Virus record (IMG/VR): IMGVR_UViG_3300049731_000099
Location: 1 to 24,751 of that record
DNA: 24,751 nt
Direction: 5' to 3' (one strand)
DNA from: a virus
Lineage: Duplodnaviria > Caudoviricetes
How positions within the stretch are numbered: position 1 is the stretch's first letter; the number at the start of each line of letters is the position of its first letter. This document shows positions 7,902 to 15,816 of this stretch, piece after piece. A program made the translations under genes and the position numbers. A model generated the notes under the pieces. That model was not told the DNA's origin and did not search any database. It was given only the letters and a program-made list of their open reading frames with translations.

Positions 7902-9412
7902 TCGACGGCTCGCTGATCGTGTTCCAGGGCGATCGAGGACTGGCGCGCCAGGTCGGCGCGAACTGGGATCCCTCTAGGCGCGCCTGGACGGCCCAGGCGA
8001 CGCGCCAGAACGCGATCCAGTTGGCCGACGGCGACCCGTCCCTGACGAACCTTAGAGACGCGCTAGTGACGTCCTGGACGCCAGTAGACGACGCCCGCCT
8101 GTACGCGTACCAGCGAGACGTCGCCGGGCGCCTCGCGGGATCCGCTCGAGGCGCGATCGTCGTGATGTCCCCCGGGCTCGGGAAGACGGCGGTCGCGGTG
8201 GTCGCCGCAGACGAGCTCGTGGACGTCCGCGAGAAGATCGTCGTCGTCGCGCCCGCGTCGCTCCTCCGCACCTGGGAGCGAGAGATCCGCCTGTGGCAGC
8301 GCGCGCAGGGCGACGTGTACATCATCGACGGGGCGATCGACGAGCTGAAGGCCGCCAGGGCGCGGTGGATCGTCACGTCGTGGGACCGCGCCGCGCGGAT
8401 CACCGCCGACGAGTGGGGGAAGGGCTGGCCGCTGGTGATCCTCGACGAGTCCGTGCTCACCAAGTCACGGACTTCGAAGCGGTTCAAGGCCATGCAGCGC
8501 CTGCGCGGCGCGACCGACAGGTTCTGGCTCCTCAGCGGGAACCCGACCACGAAGTACGCAGATGACCTCTGGACGCAGCTCCACCTGATCTGGCCCGCGG
8601 CGTTCCGCTCCTACTGGCGGTTCGCCGAGCGCTACTGCTACATCGAGGACTCGCCGTGGGGCAAGAAGATCACGGGGACTCGGAAGGACCGCGACGCGAT
8701 GGCCGAGAACTCCGACCTGGTGATCGTCGTGAACCAGGAGGAGGTACTGGAGCTCCCGGAGTATCTGTTCGAGGTGATCGACGTGGACCTCACCCGGAAG
8801 CAGGCGAGGGAGTACGCCAAGATGGAGGCCCTGTTCGTCGCGACCCTGTACGGGCAGGACGTGATCGCGGCCAACGAGATCGCGCGGCTCCAGAAGCTCC
8901 AGCAGATCACGTCGTGGTGGGACGGCGAGTCCGGGAAGCACGACACCCTGGTCGACATCATCAGGCAGTACGAGCCGCCGTACCTGATCTGGACGCACTG
9001 GCGCGACGGCGCGGGCCAGCTCCTCGCGAGGCTGATGGCCGCGGGCCTGTCGAACACACGCCTGGTCACCGGGGAGCTCTCGAAGAGGGAGCGGGACAGG
9101 ATGCTCGAGGAGTTCAAAGCGGGCGACTACGACGCGCTGATCTTGTCGATCGGAGTCGGGAAGTTCGGGCACACGTTCACGAACGTGAAGACCATCTTCT
9201 ACATCGACAAAACCTGGAACGCGGACGACTACTTCCAGTCGCTCCATAGGGTCCGGCGGATCGGACTGAAGCACCGTCCCGTGGTGGTGACGCTGCGCGC
9301 GCCGGGCACGGTCGACGAGCTCGTCGAGGACAACCTGACCGGGAAGCTCGGGGGCATCAGCCGGCTCACCAAGTCGAACCTCAGGGACCTGCTGAAAGGA
9401 CTGGGCAAGTGA
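7898..9412 (+). CDS. SNF2-like superfamily 2 helicase, 504 aa
   Basis: LYAYQ, PGLGKT, VVAPASL, ILDES, LSGNP, QSLHRVRRIG, TVDE. Confidence 0.9.
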   Translation: MIDGSLIVFQGDRGLARQVGANWDPSRRAWTAQATRQNAIQLADGDPSLTNLRDALVTSWTPVDDARLYAYQRDVAGRLAGSARGAIVVMSPGLGKTAVAVVAADELVDVREKIVVVAPASLLRTWEREIRLWQRAQGDVYIIDGAIDELKAARARWIVTSWDRAARITADEWGKGWPLVILDESVLTKSRTSKRFKAMQRLRGATDRFWLLSGNPTTKYADDLWTQLHLIWPAAFRSYWRFAERYCYIEDSPWGKKITGTRKDRDAMAENSDLVIVVNQEEVLELPEYLFEVIDVDLTRKQAREYAKMEALFVATLYGQDVIAANEIARLQKLQQITSWWDGESGKHDTLVDIIRQYEPPYLIWTHWRDGAGQLLARLMAAGLSNTRLVTGELSKRERDRMLEEFKAGDYDALILSIGVGKFGHTFTNVKTIFYIDKTWNADDYFQSLHRVRRIGLKHRPVVVTLRAPGTVDELVEDNLTGKLGGISRLTKSNLRDLLKGLGK

Positions 9413-9927
9413 CGTACGACGCGAGACACTTCTGGGAGGAGTACAGGATCAAGGAGCGCGAGGAGTTCGCCAACCAGGAGTGGGCGATCCGCGAGGCGCT
9501 TCGCTACGTCGGGCCCGTCGACTCGATCCTGGAGGTCGGTCCCGGGGACGGACGGGTCACGAAGCTCCTGCCGCCCGGAGACCTCACGAGACTCGACATC
9601 GACCCGAGCCGTCTGCGTCAGCCGCAGGACATCGAGGCCGACCTCGGGACGTGGTGGCCAGACAGGCAGTGGGATCTCGTGGTGGCCGTCGAGGTCCTGA
9701 TGCACGTCCCGCCCGCGACGATCGAGCACGCGGTCGCCGCCCTGTTCAGAGCCTCGTGCAGAGCGATCGTCACGTGCGACTGGACCGTGCCCGGGCACAA
9801 GCAGGCGGGGCACAACTGGGTCCACGACTACGGCGAGTGGTTCAGCGACGGGGACTGGGACTTCGTGCTCGAGACGCCGGTCGGACGCCAGACGGTGTTC
9901 CTGCTCCAGAAGTTCCCGCGACCATGA
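9409..9927 (+). CDS. Class I SAM-dependent methyltransferase, 172 aa
   Basis: ILEVGPGDGR motif I, LDID motif II, WDLVVAVEVLMHV. Confidence 0.8.
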   Translation: MTYDARHFWEEYRIKEREEFANQEWAIREALRYVGPVDSILEVGPGDGRVTKLLPPGDLTRLDIDPSRLRQPQDIEADLGTWWPDRQWDLVVAVEVLMHVPPATIEHAVAALFRASCRAIVTCDWTVPGHKQAGHNWVHDYGEWFSDGDWDFVLETPVGRQTVFLLQKFPRP

Positions 9928-10364
9928 GACACGGCTGGCTGGCGCTGGACCCGGGCGTGACCACGGGCTGGGCGCTGATCAACGACGAGGGGCAGTGGGT
10001 CGGGTTCGGGGACATCGACGCGCGCGAGCTCGAGCCTCAGCTCGACGAGATCATCAGGCACTTCCACTACCGCGGTTGGTGGCTGACCGCGGTCATCGAG
10101 GACCTCCCACGCGTCGGGCGGATGTCCCAGCTCGGGCGCACCCTGCGCCAGGTCCAGGAGTCGATCGGTATCGTCGTGGTCGAGACGTACGAGATCCCCG
10201 TACGCGTCGTCGCGCCCGGGACGTGGAAGCCGTCGCGCGAGGCGAGACTGGCGAAGCTCCCGCGCCCGCCGAACGGGACCAGACTGTCGCAGCACCAGAA
10301 GGACGCGATACGGATGGGCATCTACGCAGTCAGTCATCTGGACAAGGGAGTACCACCACGATGA
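9924..10364 (+). CDS. RuvC-like Holliday junction resolvase, 146 aa
   Basis: LALDPGVTTGWA, VIED, P.TWK, HQKDA; ATGA overlap. Confidence 0.75.
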   Translation: MRHGWLALDPGVTTGWALINDEGQWVGFGDIDARELEPQLDEIIRHFHYRGWWLTAVIEDLPRVGRMSQLGRTLRQVQESIGIVVVETYEIPVRVVAPGTWKPSREARLAKLPRPPNGTRLSQHQKDAIRMGIYAVSHLDKGVPPR

Positions 10365-10552
10365 GACCTACGAAGTTTATGTCACCGAACTGCGAGCGTT
10401 GTCATCATCTTCTCGCAGACCATACTCGAAAGCCTCCGTTCGGCGCATGTCAGAAAGACGAGTGTTCTTGTCCGGCGTACAGAGGGAAAGTGTCGTTTCA
10501 CAGAGACGCGAAGCGTGTAGGTGTAGGGAGCCATGAGTCAGACATTCTCTGA
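10361..10552 (+). CDS. Small Cys/His-rich hypothetical protein, 63 aa
   Basis: ATGA overlap; CERCHH..DH...C....CSC; visibly more AT-rich codons than neighbours. Confidence 0.6.
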   Translation: MRPTKFMSPNCERCHHLLADHTRKPPFGACQKDECSCPAYRGKVSFHRDAKRVGVGSHESDIL

Positions 10553-11624
10553 GCCCACGGGACAGGAGCATCTCACCCCGGTGAGGATCAAAGACACCAG
10601 CGCCACCGAGCGCATCGGCTTCAGGAAGTGCCGCCGCCAGTGGTTCCTGTCGGTCGTCCATCGACTGGACCAGGAGCGGGGGAACGTCAACTTCTTCCTC
10701 GGGAACATCTACCACGCTGCGCTGGCCGCGTACTACGAGTCGCTCAGGATAGGACTCGACACGGACCAGGCCGAGACGGCGGCGCTCGACACCTACCAGG
10801 AGGTGTACGACGAGGAGACCAAGGCGCTGCGGGAACGTCTCGGGATCGGGTGGTCACTCAGCCGCGACGAGTATAGAGGGGCGGGCGAGCTGGGGCTGGA
10901 GATGCTCCAGAACTACCTGGAGAAGGAGCGGGTCAATCCGCTGCTGGACGAGGTTCTGGCGGTGGAGTTCAGAGTGAATATACCCATTCGGTCGCCGAAG
11001 GGGAGAAAGGTCGGCGCGCTTTCAGTCCAGGCTGATGTGGTCGGCCGGAAGGAGGGAGTTCTCCGTGTAGTCGACCACAAGACGGCGTCGAGAGCACCCA
11101 ACCTCGCTCACCTCGACATCGACGACCAGCTCACCGCCGAGGTCTACTCCTGGTGGAAGCACAGCGGCGAGTTCCCCGAGCAGGCGGTCTACAACGCGTC
11201 CATGAAGCGAGAGGCTGGGCCGCCGCGTCTGCTGAAGAACGGGAGGCTCTCCAAGGACAAGAACCAGGGGACGACGGCTGAGCTCTACAGGCTCGCCATA
11301 CATGAGCACGGTCTGGACCCCGCCGACTACGCCGATATGCTGACGTACCTCGACGAGCGCGAGGCACGCGACGACGACCCGCTGTTCGTCCGTGACGTGA
11401 CCTTCCGTACGCCCGGGCAGATGGTCGCCTTCGAGCGAGATCTGCGCGAGGAGTTCAGGGACATGCGCCTGGTCGCGATCCATCCCGAGCGGGCGTACCC
11501 CAACCCCTCGCCGTTCACGTGCCCGTCGTGCCCGGTTCGCGCGATCTGCATCACGATCCAGGACGACGGGGACGTAGCAGCCGTGATCAAGGCCGGGTAC
11601 GTCGTCGCAGAGGCGCGCCGATGA
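10533..11624 (+). CDS. Cas4/AddB-like PD-(D/E)XK exonuclease, 363 aa
   Basis: KCRRQW, GNIYH, E..., ADVV, VDHKT, QL motif and C-terminal CPSCPVRAIC (1+3 Cys Fe-S pattern). Confidence 0.85.
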   Translation: MSQTFSEPTGQEHLTPVRIKDTSATERIGFRKCRRQWFLSVVHRLDQERGNVNFFLGNIYHAALAAYYESLRIGLDTDQAETAALDTYQEVYDEETKALRERLGIGWSLSRDEYRGAGELGLEMLQNYLEKERVNPLLDEVLAVEFRVNIPIRSPKGRKVGALSVQADVVGRKEGVLRVVDHKTASRAPNLAHLDIDDQLTAEVYSWWKHSGEFPEQAVYNASMKREAGPPRLLKNGRLSKDKNQGTTAELYRLAIHEHGLDPADYADMLTYLDEREARDDDPLFVRDVTFRTPGQMVAFERDLREEFRDMRLVAIHPERAYPNPSPFTCPSCPVRAICITIQDDGDVAAVIKAGYVVAEARR

Positions 11625-11635
11625 CTGGACAAGTT

Positions 11636-11644
11636 TGGTATATT
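11636..11644 (+). promoter_or_regulatory. Putative extended -10 promoter
   Basis: TG-G-TATATT in an AT-rich gap 10 nt upstream of an AAGGAGG RBS. Confidence 0.4.
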
Positions 11645-11667
11645 GATCTCCCCAAGGAGGCCCCTCA

Positions 11668-11790
11668 GTGAGAGACGCTTCTCGCCCTGCTGTCGGCTGC
11701 ACGATCATCGTCTTCGTGTTCGCGATCATCGGCGTAGCGGCAGCGGTCTACCTCCTGGCGCAGATGCTGGAGGACGTGGTTCCGTGGTGA
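11668..11790 (+). CDS. Small single-TM protein, 40 aa
   Basis: Not in ORF track; AAGGAGG RBS, GTG start; MRDASRPAVGCTIIVFVFAIIGVAAAVYLLAQMLEDVVPW. Confidence 0.65.
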   Translation: MRDASRPAVGCTIIVFVFAIIGVAAAVYLLAQMLEDVVPW

Positions 11791-12509
11791 CGCCTCGCAA
11801 GCCCGAAGACTCGTCGTTCGCCAAGGCGCTGATCCACTCGCCGCCCGGTCACGGCAAGACGCGACTGCTGGGTACCGCCCAGGAGGACCCTCGCACCTTC
11901 CCGATGGCGTTCCTCAACTTCGAGGCCGGCGAGTCGACACTAGCGGGCCTGGACATCGACGTGTTCGACATCCGCGACTCGCGCGACTACGAGGACGCGT
12001 ACAAGGACCTGCGCAGGCCGGACGCGCCGTACAACAGCGTCGGCGTGGACTCGATCACGGAGACGCAGATCAGCACGCTCCTCGAGATCCTCGACAAGGA
12101 CACCGTCAACCGCAGTGACCCCGACCAGCTCGCCCAGCAGGACTGGGGGCTGGTCCTGGTCCGAATGAGACGCATCGTCAGGCAGTACGTGAAGTCCCTG
12201 CCGATGCACGTGTTCATGACCGCCCTCTCGAAGGACGAGATCGTCCCTCGGGTCGGGACGGTCAAGGCTCCGGCGCTGCAGGGCCAGTTCGCGAGCGAGC
12301 TGCCCGGCATCCCGGACGTGGTCGGGTACCTGGCACTGGAGGAGGACGGGGACAGCGTCAAGCGTCTGCTCCTCCTGCACGGGTACCCGAAGTTCTCGGT
12401 CAAGGTCAGGGCCCCGTGGGGTACGACGGTACCCAACGAGATCGAGGACCCGACCATCACCAAGCTCCTCGACGCGCTCGGCTTCAAGGGCACGTCGCGG
12501 AAGAAGTAG
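11787..12509 (+). CDS. Sak4-like / AAA_24 P-loop ATPase (recombination-annealing)
   Basis: SPPGHGKT, NFEAG, VDSITE, QDWG, DVVGYL; located between exonuclease and SSB-like gene; start may be 11784. Confidence 0.8.
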   Translation: MTPRKPEDSSFAKALIHSPPGHGKTRLLGTAQEDPRTFPMAFLNFEAGESTLAGLDIDVFDIRDSRDYEDAYKDLRRPDAPYNSVGVDSITETQISTLLEILDKDTVNRSDPDQLAQQDWGLVLVRMRRIVRQYVKSLPMHVFMTALSKDEIVPRVGTVKAPALQGQFASELPGIPDVVGYLALEEDGDSVKRLLLLHGYPKFSVKVRAPWGTTVPNEIEDPTITKLLDALGFKGTSRKK

Positions 12510-12518
12510 GAGGCAGTA

Positions 12519-13061
12519 GTGCCGTCAGTCCAAGTCAACCTCGGCGACGTCACCTCGACGTTCGACAACCTCCCGTACGACGAGTACGAGGGGCAGATCG
12601 ACAAGGTCGAGTGGCGTCCCGCCCGCGAACAGGGCAAGTTCCCGCAGCTCCAGGTCACCTACGCCGTCATCGACGGCGACCAGCTCGGGCGCAAGCAGAG
12701 CGAGTTCCTGTCACTGAGCCCGAAGGCCGACTTCCGCCTGAAGCGGTTCTTCGACCGGTTCGGGCTGGGCGAGCTCGAGACGTTCGACTACGACGAGGAC
12801 ACGAACCTCGTCACGGAGCCAGACCTGATCGGGATCCGCGTCGTCTTCAAGGTGTACCAGGACGGGTTCCTGCCCGGAACGGAGAACCCGCGGGTCCGCA
12901 CTGAGCTGGTGACCGTGCTCGACGAGCTGGACACCGTCGCTCCGGCAGAGGCCGCCGAAGAAGAGGAGCCCGAGGCCGAGGCGGTCGCCGCGGCTCCCGT
13001 CCGTCCGGTCCGTCCGGCAGCGAAGACCACCGAAGCCCCGAAGCGCCGCACCCTGCGGTAG
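12519..13061 (+). CDS. DUF669-like single-stranded DNA-binding protein, 180 aa
   Basis: LP.DEYEGQI.KVE, predicted beta-rich core, DLIG, acidic low-complexity tail; typical position after Sak4-like gene; AGGAGG RBS. Confidence 0.7.
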   Translation: MPSVQVNLGDVTSTFDNLPYDEYEGQIDKVEWRPAREQGKFPQLQVTYAVIDGDQLGRKQSEFLSLSPKADFRLKRFFDRFGLGELETFDYDEDTNLVTEPDLIGIRVVFKVYQDGFLPGTENPRVRTELVTVLDELDTVAPAEAAEEEEPEAEAVAAAPVRPVRPAAKTTEAPKRRTLR

Positions 13062-13253
13062 GTGCCTGGGCCCGAGGTCGGGCCGCTCCAGAAGAGCATG
13101 GCCCGCATGGTGAGGAAAGTGCTGTACGTGAGCGCCGAGTGCGCCGAGTGCGACTTCGTGTCGACCCACGCGCTCGGCGCCCGCGTCCACTCCCTCGCCA
13201 CGGGTCACTACGTCAAGGACACGAGAGTCTACGAGGTCGGACCGAAGAAGTGA
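13062..13253 (+). CDS. Small putative C2H2-type Zn-binding protein, 63 aa
   Basis: CAEC-x11-H-x4-H (HSLATGH); GTGA overlap with polymerase start. Confidence 0.6.
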   Translation: MPGPEVGPLQKSMARMVRKVLYVSAECAECDFVSTHALGARVHSLATGHYVKDTRVYEVGPKK

Positions 13254-15613
13254 AGCTGGCCATGGTGTTCGACGCCCCGAAGGCGATCGGCATCCACAAG
13301 GGAGTCGCGGGGACCTACCTCGACCGAGCGATCGAGGCGGTCGGGTCCGCGCTCGACTACCCCCACGTCGAGTTCAAGGACTTCTTCGCGGTGACCGACC
13401 TCCAGCCGGGCGGGCGACCGCCTCCGATCGCAGACGTCCGCAAGGAGCGCGACCGCCTGTTCGACGAGCTCGAGGACTGGCAGCCCGATCGGATTCTGTC
13501 CGTCGGGGCGGCCGCGCTGAACGCGCTCGACGGGGGCGACAGGGTCCTGGCCATCAGCAGGGAGCGCGGGCGCATGCGCATGCTGGGCGACGTGCCGTGG
13601 CTCCCGACGATCAACCACGCGGCGGTCGTCCGCCAGGCCGACCTCCATCGCGACTTCGTGAATGACCTGTACAAAGTGCTCTCGCAGGACAGGCCGTGGT
13701 TCCAGATGGAGGTGGACCTCTGGGTGGTCCAGGACCCGATCGAGTTCCGCGAGGCCATGGAGTACCTCGACGACGCGACGGGCGCGGTCAGTCTCGACCT
13801 CGAGACGACCGGGTTCCACCCGTTCAGCGACGAGATCACGGCCATCGGGATCGGCGCGCTCGGCGCGACCGACGGCGTGGGGGTCGCGGTCGTCGTCCCG
13901 CGCCACCTGGTCTCGAACCCGACCGTTCTCGAGACGCTCGACGCGAAGCTCTGGCGGACGGACCGTCGGGTCGTGGCGCACAACTTCAAGTTCGACCACC
14001 AGTTCTACGCGCAGGCCGTCGGGGCGTGGGCTCCGGACGACGCGATGGTAGGAGACACCCTGCTGCTGGCGCACCTCCTCGACGAGCGACCGAACCGCCC
14101 GACCAGCCGGGTCAGGGGGCTGGGACTCAAGGAGATGGTCGCGACGAGGTACGACTACGAGTACGGGTTCGACTTCGAGAAGGACACCGACTGGGACGAG
14201 CTGTACAGGTACCTCGGCGACGACGTGTGCTACACGATCCGGCTGTGGAACGACCTGGTAGACGAGGCCGGGGAGGAGAGCGAGTCGCTCCTGGCGACGC
14301 ACGACGACCTGCTCATGCCGATCAGTCGGGCCGTCGCCAGGTGTGAGCTGACGGGCGCTCCTGTGGATCTAGGCTGGATAGAGCAGACCATCCGCGCGTT
14401 CGACCGTCGGATCGCCCGTCGCCGACGCGTCCTCGAGCGAGAGATCGTCGCCCTGGCGCCGACGATGGTGGTCGACAACGTCCTGTCTCCCCAGCAGGTC
14501 GCGGACGTCATGTACGACGAGTGGGGCATGACCCCCGACGTCCGAAAGCACGGGAAGCTCATCGAGGACGACCGCAGCACCGACAAGGACCACGTTCGCA
14601 GCGCGGTGGCCAAGTACCTCGGGACCTCGCTCGACCGACAGGCGCGGTGGCTCCGCTCGCTGCAGAACCTCCGCCGAGACGTCAAGACGCAGACGACGTT
14701 CAGGAAGTCCCTCTATGACAGGGCGGACGCCGACGAACGGGTCCGCCCAACGCTCCTCATCCACGGGACATCCACTGGCAGGTTGTCCAGCCAGGGCCCG
14801 AACCTCCAGAACGTCCCGTCGGTCGACCGCGAGGACTCGAGCCACTGGCGACCGATGCGCCAGGCGTTCCGACCGAAGGACGGCTGGGTCTGGGTCGAGG
14901 TCGACTACTCGCAGCTCGAGCTCAGGGTCGCCGCCGCGCTGTCGCAGGACGAGGCGCTGACCGACGTCTTCCGCAGCGGGCGCGACGTGCATCTCGAGGT
15001 CGCGAGCGCGATCTTCAGCAAGCCACCCGAGCAGATCTCGAAGGTCGAGCGCTTCCTGGCCAAGGCCGTCGGGTTCGGGATCATCTACGGAAGAGGCGCT
15101 CGGGCCCTGGCAAGCGGGGCGGAGATGCGCTACGTCGAGCAGCGGCTCGGAGGCAAGCCGTGGACGGAGGAGCAGGCCGACGCGTTCATCCGCGCCTTCC
15201 TGCGGAGCTACCCGAGGCTCTCGGGCTGGATCGCGGAGACGCAGGAGCTCACGCTCCAGCGCGGGTACGTCGAGTCGCCATTCGGGCGACGACGCCGCTT
15301 CCCGCTGATGCCGTCGTCGCGAGGGGAGGTCGGCGCCATCCGTCGCCAGGCGGTGAACACGCCGATCCAGTCCGGAGCGTCTGACATCTGCCTGCTCGCG
15401 ATGACCCGGCTGCAGGACCAGTTCGACGCCGAGGCCGGCGTCAACGTATTGTTCCCGGTCCACGACAGCATCTGCCTCGAGGCCGACCTCGACGTGATCG
15501 ACCGGGTCGAAGAGCTCTGTAGGAAGCACATGGAGCAGGACTTTAGAGGGGTCCCCCTGACGGTGGACTTCGAGTACGGCCCCACGTGGGCGGAGGTGAA
15601 GAAAGGGAGATGA
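13250..15613 (+). CDS. Family A DNA polymerase with 3'-5' exonuclease and N-terminal UDG-like domain, 787 aa
   Basis: Exo I DLETTG, Exo II HNFKFD, Exo III YLGDD; TGRLSS, NLQN, motif A DYSQLELR, motif B RFLAKAVGFGIIYG, motif C VHDS; N-terminal P..ILSVG..A...RG...PT pattern. Confidence 0.95.
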   Translation: MKLAMVFDAPKAIGIHKGVAGTYLDRAIEAVGSALDYPHVEFKDFFAVTDLQPGGRPPPIADVRKERDRLFDELEDWQPDRILSVGAAALNALDGGDRVLAISRERGRMRMLGDVPWLPTINHAAVVRQADLHRDFVNDLYKVLSQDRPWFQMEVDLWVVQDPIEFREAMEYLDDATGAVSLDLETTGFHPFSDEITAIGIGALGATDGVGVAVVVPRHLVSNPTVLETLDAKLWRTDRRVVAHNFKFDHQFYAQAVGAWAPDDAMVGDTLLLAHLLDERPNRPTSRVRGLGLKEMVATRYDYEYGFDFEKDTDWDELYRYLGDDVCYTIRLWNDLVDEAGEESESLLATHDDLLMPISRAVARCELTGAPVDLGWIEQTIRAFDRRIARRRRVLEREIVALAPTMVVDNVLSPQQVADVMYDEWGMTPDVRKHGKLIEDDRSTDKDHVRSAVAKYLGTSLDRQARWLRSLQNLRRDVKTQTTFRKSLYDRADADERVRPTLLIHGTSTGRLSSQGPNLQNVPSVDREDSSHWRPMRQAFRPKDGWVWVEVDYSQLELRVAAALSQDEALTDVFRSGRDVHLEVASAIFSKPPEQISKVERFLAKAVGFGIIYGRGARALASGAEMRYVEQRLGGKPWTEEQADAFIRAFLRSYPRLSGWIAETQELTLQRGYVESPFGRRRRFPLMPSSRGEVGAIRRQAVNTPIQSGASDICLLAMTRLQDQFDAEAGVNVLFPVHDSICLEADLDVIDRVEELCRKHMEQDFRGVPLTVDFEYGPTWAEVKKGR

Positions 15614-15807
15614 TGGCAGTCACGAAGATGTTCGTTCGTCGTCGACAGACGGGGATCACGCAGACCAACCTCGCCAAGGAGATCGGCGTCACGCAGCCGC
15701 GGATCTCTCTGTGGGAGCGACGCCTGCAGGACCTGCCGCCGCGACGGCGTGACCAGATCGCTCAGGTCCTCGACCTGGAGCCCACCACCCTCCTCGAAGA
15801 CGCGTGA
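15610..15807 (+). CDS. XRE/Cro-like HTH regulator, 65 aa
   Basis: GITQTNLAKEIGVTQPRISLWER..P.....IAQVL. Confidence 0.85.
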   Translation: MMAVTKMFVRRRQTGITQTNLAKEIGVTQPRISLWERRLQDLPPRRRDQIAQVLDLEPTTLLEDA

Positions 15808-15816
15808 GTCGCCGCC

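Noticed and set aside
10533-11624. Cas4 as evidence of a CRISPR-Cas system
   Set aside because: Sits in the usual phage exonuclease-Sak4-SSB recombination module, with no cas1/cas2 or array.
13250-15613. Intein or intron in the polymerase
   Set aside because: Motifs are contiguous with normal spacing and no splice-junction or homing-endonuclease motifs are visible.
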